Below are positions 35,505-43,953 of a stretch of 54,349 nucleotides of DNA, in pieces. The stretch comes from an uncultured Gemmatimonadales bacterium (GTDB lineage: Bacteria; Gemmatimonadota; Gemmatimonadetes; Gemmatimonadales; JACORV01), in assembly GCA_964358595.1 (NCBI GenBank), contig CAYHQJ010000001.1, positions 2,955 to 57,303 on the forward strand. The letters are read 5' to 3'. The notes beneath the pieces were generated by a model that made no database searches, was not told the origin of the DNA, and saw only the letters and a program-made list of their open reading frames with translations. Position 1 is the first letter of the stretch. The number at the start of each line of letters is the position of its first letter. Both the position numbers and the translations under genes were made by a program.

Positions 35505-36962
35505 ATGATCTCGAGACAGGACCTGAACCCCAACGCCCTGCGCGCCCAGTACGCCGTGCGCGGCCCCATCGTGGCGCGGGCACAGGAGCTCGAGGAGCAG
35601 GGCCGCAGGATCGTCTACTGCAACATCGGCAACCCGCAGGCCCTGCAGCAGAAGCCCACGACCTACCTCCGGCAGCTCCTCAGCCTGGTCGAGTACCCCG
35701 CGCTGCTGGACGATCCGCGCGCCGCGGCGCACTATCCGCCGGACGTGGCCGCCGGGGCGCGGGCGGTCCTCGAGCGCCACCCGGCGGGCACCGGCGCGTA
35801 CTCCCAGAGCTGCGGGATCCCGTTCATCCGGCAGGCGGTGGCCGACTTCATCGCGCGGCGCGACGGCATCAGCGCCGACCGGGATCACGTCATCCTGACC
35901 GACGGCGCGAGCCGCGCGATCGAGCTGGTCATCATCGCGCTGCTCAAGGGTCCCACCACGGGGATCATGATCCCGGTGCCACAGTACCCGCTCTACAGCG
36001 CCGTCATCGCCCTCTACGGCGGGCGGGAGGTCGACTACTACGTCGATGAGGCGCGCCACTGGCAGCTCTCCGAGGCAGCGCTGACCGACGCCTTCACCCG
36101 CGCGACGCACGAGGGCGTGACGCCCGTCGCCCTCGTCGTGATCAATCCCGGCAACCCGACCGGTGCCGTCCTCACCTACGACACCATCCGCATGGTCGTG
36201 GGATTCGCGAGGCGCCACGGCCTCGCGATCATGGCCGACGAAGTCTACCAGGAAAACGTGTACGCGAGCGACCGGAAGTTCTTCTCGTTCGCGAAGGCGC
36301 TGCACGACCTCGGCGAGCGCGACGTCTCACTGTTCAGCTTCCACTCGGTCTCCAAGGGCTTTCTCGGCGAATGCGGCCACCGCGGCGGCTACGTCGAGAT
36401 GCGCAACGTACCCGCCGACGTCGTCGCCGAGCTCGCGAAGCTGCAGTCCATCGCTCTATGCGCCAACGTGCCGGGCCAGCTCGCTACCTACGTGATGGTC
36501 GCGCCGCCCCGGCCCGGCGAAGCGAGCTACGCCGTGTTCACCGCCGAACGCGATGCCATCCTGCACGCCCTGAAGGCGAAGGCCGAGCTGCTCGACCGGG
36601 GCATCAACTCCATCGCGGGGATGTCGCTGGAGATGCCGCAGGGGGCGATGTACGGCTTCGTGCGCTTCGAGCTGCCGAGCGAGCCCGGCGTGGACATCGA
36701 GCGGATGACGCCGGAGGAGCGGCGCGTATGCGAGGCGCGCCGCGATTCGGACTACTGCCTCGCCCTGCTGGAGGAGACGGGGATCTGCGTGGTGCCCGGC
36801 TCCGGCTTTGGTCAGCAGCCGGGCACCTTCCACTTCCGCACCACGTTCCTGCCACCGATCGAGGAGATCGAGGAGCTGGTGCGCACGCTGAAGACCTTCC
36901 ACGAGCGGTACGTCACTATTGGGCCAGGATCTTCTCCGCCTCCTCCTGGTCCACTTCCATGA
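35505..36962 (+). CDS. Alanine aminotransferase-like class I/II PLP aminotransferase (eukaryote/GPT-like type)
   Basis: AGGAG SD at 35491. Motifs are LNPNALRAQYAVRGPIVARAQELE, NPGNPTG and SVSKGFLGECGHRGGY (PLP Lys). The last 47 nt overlap the convergent gene. Confidence 0.85.
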   Translation: MISRQDLNPNALRAQYAVRGPIVARAQELEEQGRRIVYCNIGNPQALQQKPTTYLRQLLSLVEYPALLDDPRAAAHYPPDVAAGARAVLERHPAGTGAYSQSCGIPFIRQAVADFIARRDGISADRDHVILTDGASRAIELVIIALLKGPTTGIMIPVPQYPLYSAVIALYGGREVDYYVDEARHWQLSEAALTDAFTRATHEGVTPVALVVINPGNPTGAVLTYDTIRMVVGFARRHGLAIMADEVYQENVYASDRKFFSFAKALHDLGERDVSLFSFHSVSKGFLGECGHRGGYVEMRNVPADVVAELAKLQSIALCANVPGQLATYVMVAPPRPGEASYAVFTAERDAILHALKAKAELLDRGINSIAGMSLEMPQGAMYGFVRFELPSEPGVDIERMTPEERRVCEARRDSDYCLALLEETGICVVPGSGFGQQPGTFHFRTTFLPPIEEIEELVRTLKTFHERYVTIGPGSSPPPPGPLP

Positions 36963-38496
36963 CGTAGGGGATGCCGCTGATCGCGGCGGCCTCGCGCGTG
37001 AGGGCCGCGATGTCGCCGCGCTCCACGTACCGCAGCGCGAACTTGCGCGCGCCGGCCATCAGCTGGCGCAGGCCCTGCGCGAGGCGCTGGTAGTACGTGT
37101 AGTACCCGATCGCGCCCGCCGGCAGCTTGTCGAACCGGTCGCCGTACTTCTGGCGCAGCTCCGGCGCGGTGACGAAGATCTCGTCCAGCGACGTGCCGAA
37201 GCGCTCGATGTAGATGGGCAGGCTCTGCTGCGCGATGGCGTTGCCGATGGTCTTGGCGACCATGGCCGCCGCGAGCGGTGCCCGCGCCATCGCGATGAGC
37301 CGGACGAACGGGGCGCCCAGCGCGAGGCCCTTGAAGATCTGGTCCTCGAAGGTGAAGCCGCCCGCCAGCGCGACGGCCGGGACGAACCGGCCCCTGGTCG
37401 CGAGACGCTGCAGGTAGTCCCGGAGCAGCGAGTGCAGCTCGATGCCGGGAATGCCCCACTCGTTCATCATTCGCCACGGGCTCATCCCGGTGCCGCCGCC
37501 CGCCGCGTCCACCGTGAGCAGGTCGAGCTCGGCCAGCGAGGCGAACTTCACGGCGCGCGCGAGGTCCACCGGGCGGTAGGCGCCCGTCTTGAGGAAGACG
37601 TGCTTGGCGCCGAGGTTGCGCAGCATCTCCACGCGCTTCAGGAACGAGTCCTGGTCCACCATGCCGACGCGCGAGTGCCGCTCGAACTCGTGGAAGCTGC
37701 CGAGCCGGAACGCCTCGATGACGTGCGGGCTCGACGGATCGGGGAGCACGATGTAGCCGCGGCGCTGGAGCTCCTGCGCCTTGGCGAGGTCCCGGATCTT
37801 CACCTCGCCGCCGATATCCTTGGCGCCCTGGCCCCACTTCAGCTCGACGCTGGTGACGCCCAGCTTGGTGAGGGCGTACTCCTGCACGCCGGCCTTCGTG
37901 TCTTCGACGTTGGCCTGGACGACGACGTCGCCGTAGCCGTCCTCCTGCCAGTCGCGGAAGCAGCGGACCCGCCACTCCAGGTCCGGGCCCGAGATCACCT
38001 TGCCGTTGCCGTACTTCGCGTCCATGTCCATGCCGACGACGTTCTCGCCGATAGCAATCATCGTCCCGGTGATCGCGGCGCCCGCCGCCAGAGCGGGCCA
38101 GTTGTTCGTCGCCACGTTGGTCGAGCCCATCGCGGCCAGCGTGAACGGCAGCCGGCTCTTGATCCCCGGCTCGCGGCCGATCGTGACCTCGAGATCCACG
38201 TTCGGGAACAGGGCGCGGTCGCTATCCGCCTCGATCCCCCAGGCCCCCGTCGCCCGGCCCAGGATCGTGAAGTGCGACAGGTCCACCGGGTAGTCCTTCT
38301 GGGACGCCGTAGTGATGATCCCGAAGGGCTGCGGGTAGATCATCTCCGTGCCGCGGTACGCGGACTTCCCGATCTCGCACATCCCGATGCAGCCGTCGAT
38401 GCAGGTGGCGCACATCCCGCTGAGCGGGCTGATCGAGTCCTCGGTGCGGTTCTTGGTCAGCGTGGCGGCGGACGAATTGAGACGCGTGAAGCTCAT
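36916..38496 (-). CDS. Glutamate synthase FMN-domain (GltB domain 2 / Glu_synthase family) protein with an N-terminal Cys cluster; no amidotransferase domain
   Basis: ATG 38496 is preceded by GGGAGA. Motifs are CATCIDGCIGMCEIG, ELKWGQGAKDIGGE, FLKTGAYRP and LTVDAAGGGTGMSPW. 526 aa. Confidence 0.85.
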   Translation of the reverse strand: MSFTRLNSSAATLTKNRTEDSISPLSGMCATCIDGCIGMCEIGKSAYRGTEMIYPQPFGIITTASQKDYPVDLSHFTILGRATGAWGIEADSDRALFPNVDLEVTIGREPGIKSRLPFTLAAMGSTNVATNNWPALAAGAAITGTMIAIGENVVGMDMDAKYGNGKVISGPDLEWRVRCFRDWQEDGYGDVVVQANVEDTKAGVQEYALTKLGVTSVELKWGQGAKDIGGEVKIRDLAKAQELQRRGYIVLPDPSSPHVIEAFRLGSFHEFERHSRVGMVDQDSFLKRVEMLRNLGAKHVFLKTGAYRPVDLARAVKFASLAELDLLTVDAAGGGTGMSPWRMMNEWGIPGIELHSLLRDYLQRLATRGRFVPAVALAGGFTFEDQIFKGLALGAPFVRLIAMARAPLAAAMVAKTIGNAIAQQSLPIYIERFGTSLDEIFVTAPELRQKYGDRFDKLPAGAIGYYTYYQRLAQGLRQLMAGARKFALRYVERGDIAALTREAAAISGIPYVMEVDQEEAEKILAQ

Positions 38497-38509
38497 AGGT
38501 GTTCTCCCG

Positions 38510-39229
38510 CTAGCGCGCAGTGGGTACCGCGCGGATTCGCTTGCGCGCGTCGGCGCGGAACGGACCCGCCAGCTCGCAGGCGTGGCACGGGTCAAGGAAG
38601 CACATCGCGTTGTCGTAGCTCTGCAAGCACACAGTCGCGAAATTGACACAGCCGTTGCACAGCGTGGTATCCGCCGCCGCGCCCTGGCAGCGCAGCTCGC
38701 ACACGGGACAGATGTAGAGACACGCGCCGCACTGGCGGCACAGCTCGCTGGTCATGTCGAACGGCCGGGCGACGCGTCGGTTGAGGCCCCGGCCGGCGAA
38801 GCCGATGGCGCCCGCCATCATCTGCTCGGCACACATCCGCACGCACAGCCCGCACTGGATGCAGGTCTCGTGTTTCGGCTCGTACCGGCACTGCCGCACG
38901 CCGGCGGCCGAGGCCAGGTCCTGGATCCGCTTGGACTGGGGCGAGGTCGCGACGTACAGCTCGAGCAGCAGCCGGCGGGCACGCTCCACGCGGGCGGAGT
39001 GCGTCCAGACCGTCAGCCCGTCTTCTGCCGGACAGGTGCACGACGCCTGGAGGCTCCTCCCGTTCCCGCGGGAGACCTCCACGAGGCAGAGACGGCAGGC
39101 TCCGTACGGCGTGAGCCCTTCGTCGTGACAGAGGGTGGGGATCGGTATGCCGTAGAGGCGCGCAACGTCCAGCACGCTGCTGCCACGCTCGACCTCAACC
39201 TCGGTCCCGTTGATCGTCAGCTTCGGCAC
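38510..39229 (-). CDS. NuoG/HydA-N-terminal-like Fe-S protein ([2Fe-2S] plus [4Fe-4S] clusters, with no catalytic domain)
   Basis: MPKLTINGTEVEVE...TLCHDEGLTPYGACRLCLVEV is a plant-type 2Fe-2S fold as in NuoG. CIQCGLCVRMC and CRQCGACLYICP follow, with extra C-terminal Cys residues. Confidence 0.85.
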   Translation of the reverse strand: MPKLTINGTEVEVERGSSVLDVARLYGIPIPTLCHDEGLTPYGACRLCLVEVSRGNGRSLQASCTCPAEDGLTVWTHSARVERARRLLLELYVATSPQSKRIQDLASAAGVRQCRYEPKHETCIQCGLCVRMCAEQMMAGAIGFAGRGLNRRVARPFDMTSELCRQCGACLYICPVCELRCQGAAADTTLCNGCVNFATVCLQSYDNAMCFLDPCHACELAGPFRADARKRIRAVPTAR

Positions 39230-39239
39230 GGGAGACTCC

Positions 39240-41093
39240 TCAGCTCACCAGCACGGCATCGGGTTGGCAGACCTCGAGACACGCACCGCACCTGATGCAC
39301 TTGGCCGAGTCGATGCGGTGCGGCTGGTCCTTCTCGCCCAGGATCGCCTCGGACGCGCACACCCGCACGCAGGCGTGACAGCCGTCACACAGCGTGGGCT
39401 CGATGGCGTAGCGAATCAGCTCGCGACAGACCTTGGCGGGGCAGCGCTTCTCGCGAACGTGCGCCAGATACTCGTCCCGGAAGTACCGCAGCGTGGACAA
39501 CACCGGATTGGCCGCCGTCTGGCCGAGACCGCACAGCGAGGACTCCTTGATCATCCAGCCGGCGTCCTCCAGCAGCGCGAGGTCGGACTCGCTGCCCTTG
39601 CCTTGCGAGATGCGGGTGAGGATGCCCCGCAGCCGCTGGGTCCCCTCGCGGCACGGGAAGCACTTCCCGCAGGACTCCTCTTCCAGGAACTCCATGAAGT
39701 AGCGGGCGACATCCACCATGCAGGTGTCTTCGTCCATGACTACGATGCCGCCCGAGCCCATCATGGATCCGGCCCCGGTGAGGGCCTCGTAATCGATGGG
39801 CAGATCGATCAGGCTCGCCGGTATGCAGCCGCCGGAGGGCCCGCCGATCTGGATCGCCTTGAGCGCCTTGCCCTTGGGAATGCCCCCGCCGATCTCGTAG
39901 ATCATCTCGCGCAGCGTGATGCCCATCGGGACTTCCACCAGACCGGTGTTGGTGATCTTCCCCACCAGCGAGAAGACCATGGTGCCCTTGCTGCGCTCCG
40001 TCCCGATCGACGCGTACCACTCGGCGCCGCGGTTGACGACGACCGGGACGCTGGCCCACGTCTTCACGTTGTTGATGACCGTCGGCTTGCCCCAGAGTCC
40101 CTTCTGGACCGGGTACGGCGGACGGGCGTGGGGCTCGCCGACGCGCCCCTCGATAGAGGCGATGAGCGCGGTCTCCTCACCGCAGACGAACGCGCCCGCA
40201 CCCTGGACGACGTGGATCCGGAAGCTGTGACCCGATCCCAGGATGTCGTCGCCCAGGAGTCCGTACTGCTCCGCCTGGGTAAGCGCCGCGCGCAGATTCT
40301 CGACGGCGAGAGGGTATTCCGCGCGCACGTAGATGAAGCCCTCGCTGGCGTCCAGGGCGTAGGCGCCGATGATCATCCCTTCGATGACGCTGTGGGGATT
40401 GCCCTCCAGGAGGCTGCGATCCATGAACGCGCCGGGATCGCCCTCGTCGGCGTTGCAGATGAGGTAGTGCGGCCGGACCGGATTGCCCCGCAGCGCCTGC
40501 CACTTCACCCCGGTGGGGAAGCCGGCGCCGCCGCGGCCGCGCAGGCCGGAGCGCGAGACCATGTCCACGACCTCGGGCGCGGACAGCGTCGCCAACGCCT
40601 TGGCCAGCGCCGCGTAGCCGCCGACGCGGACATAGTCGCGGATGTCCTTGGGATCGATCTGCCCGTTGTTGCCGAAGAGAATACGTTGCTGGCGCCTGTA
40701 GAACGGCACCTCATCCTCGTGGAGGACGCGCGCGCCGGAGACCGGGTCCTTGTAGAGCAGGCGCTCCACGGGCTTGCGGCCGTTGCTGACGCTGGCCACG
40801 AGCGCCGCGGCGTCGCGGGGGCCGACGCCGTTGTAGAACACCTTCTCCGGCCACACGACCATCACCGGCCCCTTCTCGCAGAAGCCGTGGCAACCCGTAC
40901 TCTTGACCTCGACCGCGTCCTGCAGCCCCTGGCGTTCCAGCTCCCGGCGCAGCGACTGCAGCACCTCCTGCGCGCCTGAAGCGGTGCAGCCGCTGCCGGC
41001 GCACACCGAGAGGCAGGGCCGGCCGCTGCCACCCGGTTCCCGGCAGGTTGTCCTCAGCGCCTCCAGTTCCTGCGGTGAGCGAAGCGTCAGCAT
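39240..41093 (-). CDS. NuoF-like NADH-binding flavoprotein with an N-terminal thioredoxin-like [2Fe-2S] domain and a C-terminal 2x[4Fe-4S] domain (HydB/HndC/BfuB architecture)
   Basis: Start ATG 41093 (MLTLRSPQEL), 1 nt after the nuoE-like stop. Motifs are GLRGRGGAGFPTGVKW (FMN/NADH), SCGKCFPCREG and SLCGLGQTA (N3 cluster). The C-terminus has CDGCHACVRVC and CIRCGACLEVC. Confidence 0.9.
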   Translation of the reverse strand: MLTLRSPQELEALRTTCREPGGSGRPCLSVCAGSGCTASGAQEVLQSLRRELERQGLQDAVEVKSTGCHGFCEKGPVMVVWPEKVFYNGVGPRDAAALVASVSNGRKPVERLLYKDPVSGARVLHEDEVPFYRRQQRILFGNNGQIDPKDIRDYVRVGGYAALAKALATLSAPEVVDMVSRSGLRGRGGAGFPTGVKWQALRGNPVRPHYLICNADEGDPGAFMDRSLLEGNPHSVIEGMIIGAYALDASEGFIYVRAEYPLAVENLRAALTQAEQYGLLGDDILGSGHSFRIHVVQGAGAFVCGEETALIASIEGRVGEPHARPPYPVQKGLWGKPTVINNVKTWASVPVVVNRGAEWYASIGTERSKGTMVFSLVGKITNTGLVEVPMGITLREMIYEIGGGIPKGKALKAIQIGGPSGGCIPASLIDLPIDYEALTGAGSMMGSGGIVVMDEDTCMVDVARYFMEFLEEESCGKCFPCREGTQRLRGILTRISQGKGSESDLALLEDAGWMIKESSLCGLGQTAANPVLSTLRYFRDEYLAHVREKRCPAKVCRELIRYAIEPTLCDGCHACVRVCASEAILGEKDQPHRIDSAKCIRCGACLEVCQPDAVLVS

Positions 41094-41094
41094 G

Positions 41095-41598
41095 TCACCC
41101 TCGTCGAGTCGGTTCCGCTGCGCTCGCATCCGCTTGGCGACGGTATTTCTTCAGCAGTCCGGGCACCTTGGTTTGGGTGAGGTGGGCATGGACGTTCTTG
41201 TCCACGCGGGCCACCGGCGCCAGGCCGCAGCAGCCGATGCACCGCACGGTCTCCACCGTGAACTGCAGGTCGTGTGTGGTGCCCGGCACCGGGAGCTTCA
41301 GGTCCCGCAGCACGCGGTCCAGCACCCGCGGCGCCCCGCGGACGTGGCAGGCGGTCCCAAGGCACACCTGGATGACGTGCCTGCCGAGCGGTGTCAGGCT
41401 GAAGCACCGGTAAAACGTTGCGACCTGGTAGACCTCCGGCAGCGGCACGCGCAGCTTCCGCGAGACCCTGCGCAGCAGGCCTTCGGGCAAATACGAGTAG
41501 ACCGCTTGGATTTCCTGGAGGATGGGAATGAGGTTGGCGCGCCGGTCGTCGAACTCGCCCAGAGTTTCTTCTACGATGGCGCTCTCGACGTAGGTCAT
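41095..41598 (-). CDS. NuoE-like thioredoxin-like [2Fe-2S] subunit (HydC/HndA/BfuC-like)
   Basis: Motifs are LIPILQEIQ, VCLGTACHVRG and CIGCCGLAP. 167 aa. Confidence 0.9.
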   Translation of the reverse strand: MTYVESAIVEETLGEFDDRRANLIPILQEIQAVYSYLPEGLLRRVSRKLRVPLPEVYQVATFYRCFSLTPLGRHVIQVCLGTACHVRGAPRVLDRVLRDLKLPVPGTTHDLQFTVETVRCIGCCGLAPVARVDKNVHAHLTQTKVPGLLKKYRRQADASAAEPTRRG

Positions 41599-41803
41599 CG
41601 TGGCAGTATCCTTGCGCGATGGCTCCGGACAACGGAGCCCGCAAGTCCCGCGCCTCCCTGGCGCCGCGGCGCTACGGCGGCATCATCGGGCTGTCCCTTC
41701 GGCCGTGTCACGTGCTGCGGCGGCCGGCCCCAGCGGCAATGTGGCGATTTGTCGCAAGCGGGTCGGTGGGACTGGGACGCCGTGGATGGCTCGTAAGCGG
41801 CGC

Positions 41804-41825
41804 CGCGTGAAGGTCCTTTCACGCG
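41804..41825 (-). terminator. Hairpin downstream of the deacetylase gene; a possible terminator without a U-tract
   Basis: An 8-bp stem (cgcgtgaa / ttcacgcg) with loop ggtcct, about 25 nt after the stop at 41849. It is followed by a 200-nt untranslated region before the nuoE-like gene. Confidence 0.3.
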
Positions 41826-41848
41826 CCCCCACCGAACCCCCGACCGGG

Positions 41849-42685
41849 CTACGGTTCACGGTCGGCCTGGCAGCTGATGTACCGCCGGCCCAGCGCCCGC
41901 TGGATGAGCGCGGTCCCGACGGCGCACCGGTTCGTCAGGCGCGCGACGCCGCGACCCGCCGTGCCCCACACGCCGCCCCGCAGGACGAGCGGCACGCCGA
42001 ACCGGTCCCAGCCGTACACCGGCAGCCGCGCGAGCACCAGCGGGTCGTGCTTCTCCCCGGCGGCGGCCGCCGCCACGGGGCCCGCGAAGCCCAGGCGATA
42101 GCCGGCCGCCTCCGCCAGCGCACGCACCCGCACGTCCACCGCGCCGAACGGGTAGCTGATGCCGAGCGGGGCCCGGCCGAGCCGCTGCACGATCGCCTCT
42201 CGCGCGCGGCGCAGCTCGTCCGCCGCCTCGGCATCGGGGAGCCAGGTAAGCCGCGCGTGCGTCGCCCCGTGCGCGTGCGCCTCGATGCCGCGCTCCTGCC
42301 AGCGGGCGAGATCGTCCCACGAAAGGTGCCGGAACACGCGCCATCCGTACTGGACGTCCCAACTGTTCTCGCGGCCCGCGTAGTCGGTGATCACGAAGAC
42401 CAGCGCCGGAAAGCCGTGGTCCGCGAGGACCGGGAAAGCGTGCTCGGCCAGCGCCGCGTAGCCGTCGTCGAAGGTGAAGACGACGGTGCGGGGTGCGGGG
42501 TTCGAGGGGTGAGGGTTCGTGACGGCTGCCAGCAGTTCGGCGCCGGAGAGGGCCCGGTAGCCGAGCCGCGCCAGCGTCTCCACCTGGCGCCGAAACACGT
42601 GCGGCCCGAGCTGGGTGAACCCCAGCTCGAGCCGCGGGTCGACCTTGTGGTAGCACAGGATCGGCGGCACCCTATCACCCCTCAC
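41849..42685 (-). CDS. Polysaccharide deacetylase (NodB-homology, CE4) family protein
   Basis: Motifs are PILCYHKV, TFDDGY and HGATH. Candidate starts are GTG 42685 (chosen) and GTG 42670. A CTG at 42706 would overlap the M16 stop (CTGA). Confidence 0.82.
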   Translation of the reverse strand: MRGDRVPPILCYHKVDPRLELGFTQLGPHVFRRQVETLARLGYRALSGAELLAAVTNPHPSNPAPRTVVFTFDDGYAALAEHAFPVLADHGFPALVFVITDYAGRENSWDVQYGWRVFRHLSWDDLARWQERGIEAHAHGATHARLTWLPDAEAADELRRAREAIVQRLGRAPLGISYPFGAVDVRVRALAEAAGYRLGFAGPVAAAAAGEKHDPLVLARLPVYGWDRFGVPLVLRGGVWGTAGRGVARLTNRCAVGTALIQRALGRRYISCQADREP

Positions 42686-42702
42686 CGCCGGTCCGTCGGA
42701 GG

Positions 42703-43806
42703 TCAGTGGGGACCGAGCCAGACGACCGCCTGGCGCTCCGGGTCGAAGAACTCGGCCGCGACCGCCGCCATCTCGTCGGCGGTGACGGCCTCGACCTCCG
42801 CGAGTACCTGGTCGATCGACCGGTACGGCTCGCCGTAGAGGGCCAGGCCGGCCAGACGATACATGCGCGACAGCGGGCCCTCCAGCGCCAGCACCAGCTG
42901 CCCTTTCACCTGCTGCTTGGCGGCCGCCAGCTCCGGGGGCGAGAGCGCGTGGCGCGCCAGGCGGGCATACTCCTCGCGGATCACCTCGAGCGCCTGCGCC
43001 GCCGTCGGCGGCTGCGTGCCGACGTACACGCCGGTGACGCCCGAGAGCTGGTAGAACGAGTGGAAGGCGTAGACGGTGTAGGCGAGCCCCAGGTCCTCGC
43101 GCACCCGCTGGAAGAGCCGCGAGCTCATCCCGCCCCCGAACACGGTCGCGAGCAGGATCAGTGCCTGCCGGCGCGGGTCCGCGTAGGGGAAGGTCTCCGT
43201 GCCCAGCACCAGGTGCACCTGGCTGGTGTCGCGCTCGACGCGGCGCAGCCCGCGCGTCCCCGGTCCCGGACGGGTAACCCTGCGCAGGTCCGGGCCGGGC
43301 GGCAGGTCGAGCCACCCGGCGGCCTTCAGCATCCCGAGGATCGCCTCGTGCTCGACGCTGCCGGCCGCGGCTAACACCATGTTGCGTGGGTGGTAGGCGG
43401 CCCCGTGCAGCGACCGCAGGTCGCCGACCCGGAGCGTCCCCACCGTCTCGGGCGTGCCGAGGATCCGGTAGCCGTAGGAGTGCTCGGGCCACAGCGTGCC
43501 GGCGTGCAGGTCGAAGACGAGGTCGTCCGGGTCGTCCTCGACCATCGCGATCTCCTCCATGATCACCTGCCGCTCCTTGGCGAGGTCGTCCTCGCGGAGC
43601 ACCGGGTGGCGGATCAGATCGTCGAGGACGTCGAAGGCGAGCGGGAGGTCGGTGTCGAGGACGCGGGCCTGGAAGGACGTGTGGTCGCGGCCCGTGTAGG
43701 CGTCGAGCGCGCCGCCGCGGGACTCGAGCGCGAGCGCGATCTCGCGCGCGCTGCGCCGCTCGGTCCCCTTGAAGACCATGTGCTCGAGCAGGTGCGAGAC
43801 GCCCAT
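42703..43806 (-). CDS. M16 (insulinase/pitrilysin) family zinc peptidase; this is the longest uninterrupted ORF and lacks the conserved N-terminal 49 codons
   Basis: The ORF starts at MGVSHLLEHMVFKGT (HxxEH zinc motif). The conserved N-terminus continues in frame upstream but is cut by TAG 43845-43843. Confidence 0.8.
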   Translation of the reverse strand: MGVSHLLEHMVFKGTERRSAREIALALESRGGALDAYTGRDHTSFQARVLDTDLPLAFDVLDDLIRHPVLREDDLAKERQVIMEEIAMVEDDPDDLVFDLHAGTLWPEHSYGYRILGTPETVGTLRVGDLRSLHGAAYHPRNMVLAAAGSVEHEAILGMLKAAGWLDLPPGPDLRRVTRPGPGTRGLRRVERDTSQVHLVLGTETFPYADPRRQALILLATVFGGGMSSRLFQRVREDLGLAYTVYAFHSFYQLSGVTGVYVGTQPPTAAQALEVIREEYARLARHALSPPELAAAKQQVKGQLVLALEGPLSRMYRLAGLALYGEPYRSIDQVLAEVEAVTADEMAAVAAEFFDPERQAVVWLGPH

Positions 43807-43842
43807 CTGCGCGCGCTGCTCGTGGGCCGAGGCGGTGCGGAC

Positions 43843-43953
43843 CTAGAACCCCGCTGCCGCCGAGCGGACGGCGGGCATCGTCTCGGTCAGGACGACGAGC
43901 CCGTTCGGCGCCTCGGTCCGGACGACGCCGGCGTCCAGCCGCTCGGTGCGCAC
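43843..43953 (-). pseudogene. Detached N-terminal fragment of the M16 peptidase gene (GTG 43953 to in-frame TAG 43845-43843)
   Basis: The translation VRTERLDAGVVRTEAPNGLVVLTETMPAVRSAAAGF* matches the M16 N-terminal consensus (LPNGL.V..E.MP..RS...G.WV). The TAG sits where the conserved Trp (TGG) is expected and is in frame with ORF 42703-43806. Confidence 0.7.

Noticed and set aside
41599-41803. The 200-nt untranslated region upstream of the nuoE-like gene as a riboswitch or a Rex-operator-containing regulatory region.
   Set aside because: I found only a 7-bp hairpin (41621-41639) and an imperfect inverted repeat (TTGCGACAA...TTGCCGC on the minus strand). There is no match to the Rex box (TTGTGAA-N4-TTCACAA) or to a riboswitch core that I recognise. 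It is left unannotated.
43843-43845. The TAG in the M16 peptidase as a recoded sense codon (pyrrolysine or a reassigned amber).
   Set aside because: TAG terminates at least seven clearly complete genes in this window. No pyl genes or suppressor tRNA are visible. The codon aligns with a conserved Trp, so a point mutation or base-call error is the simpler explanation.
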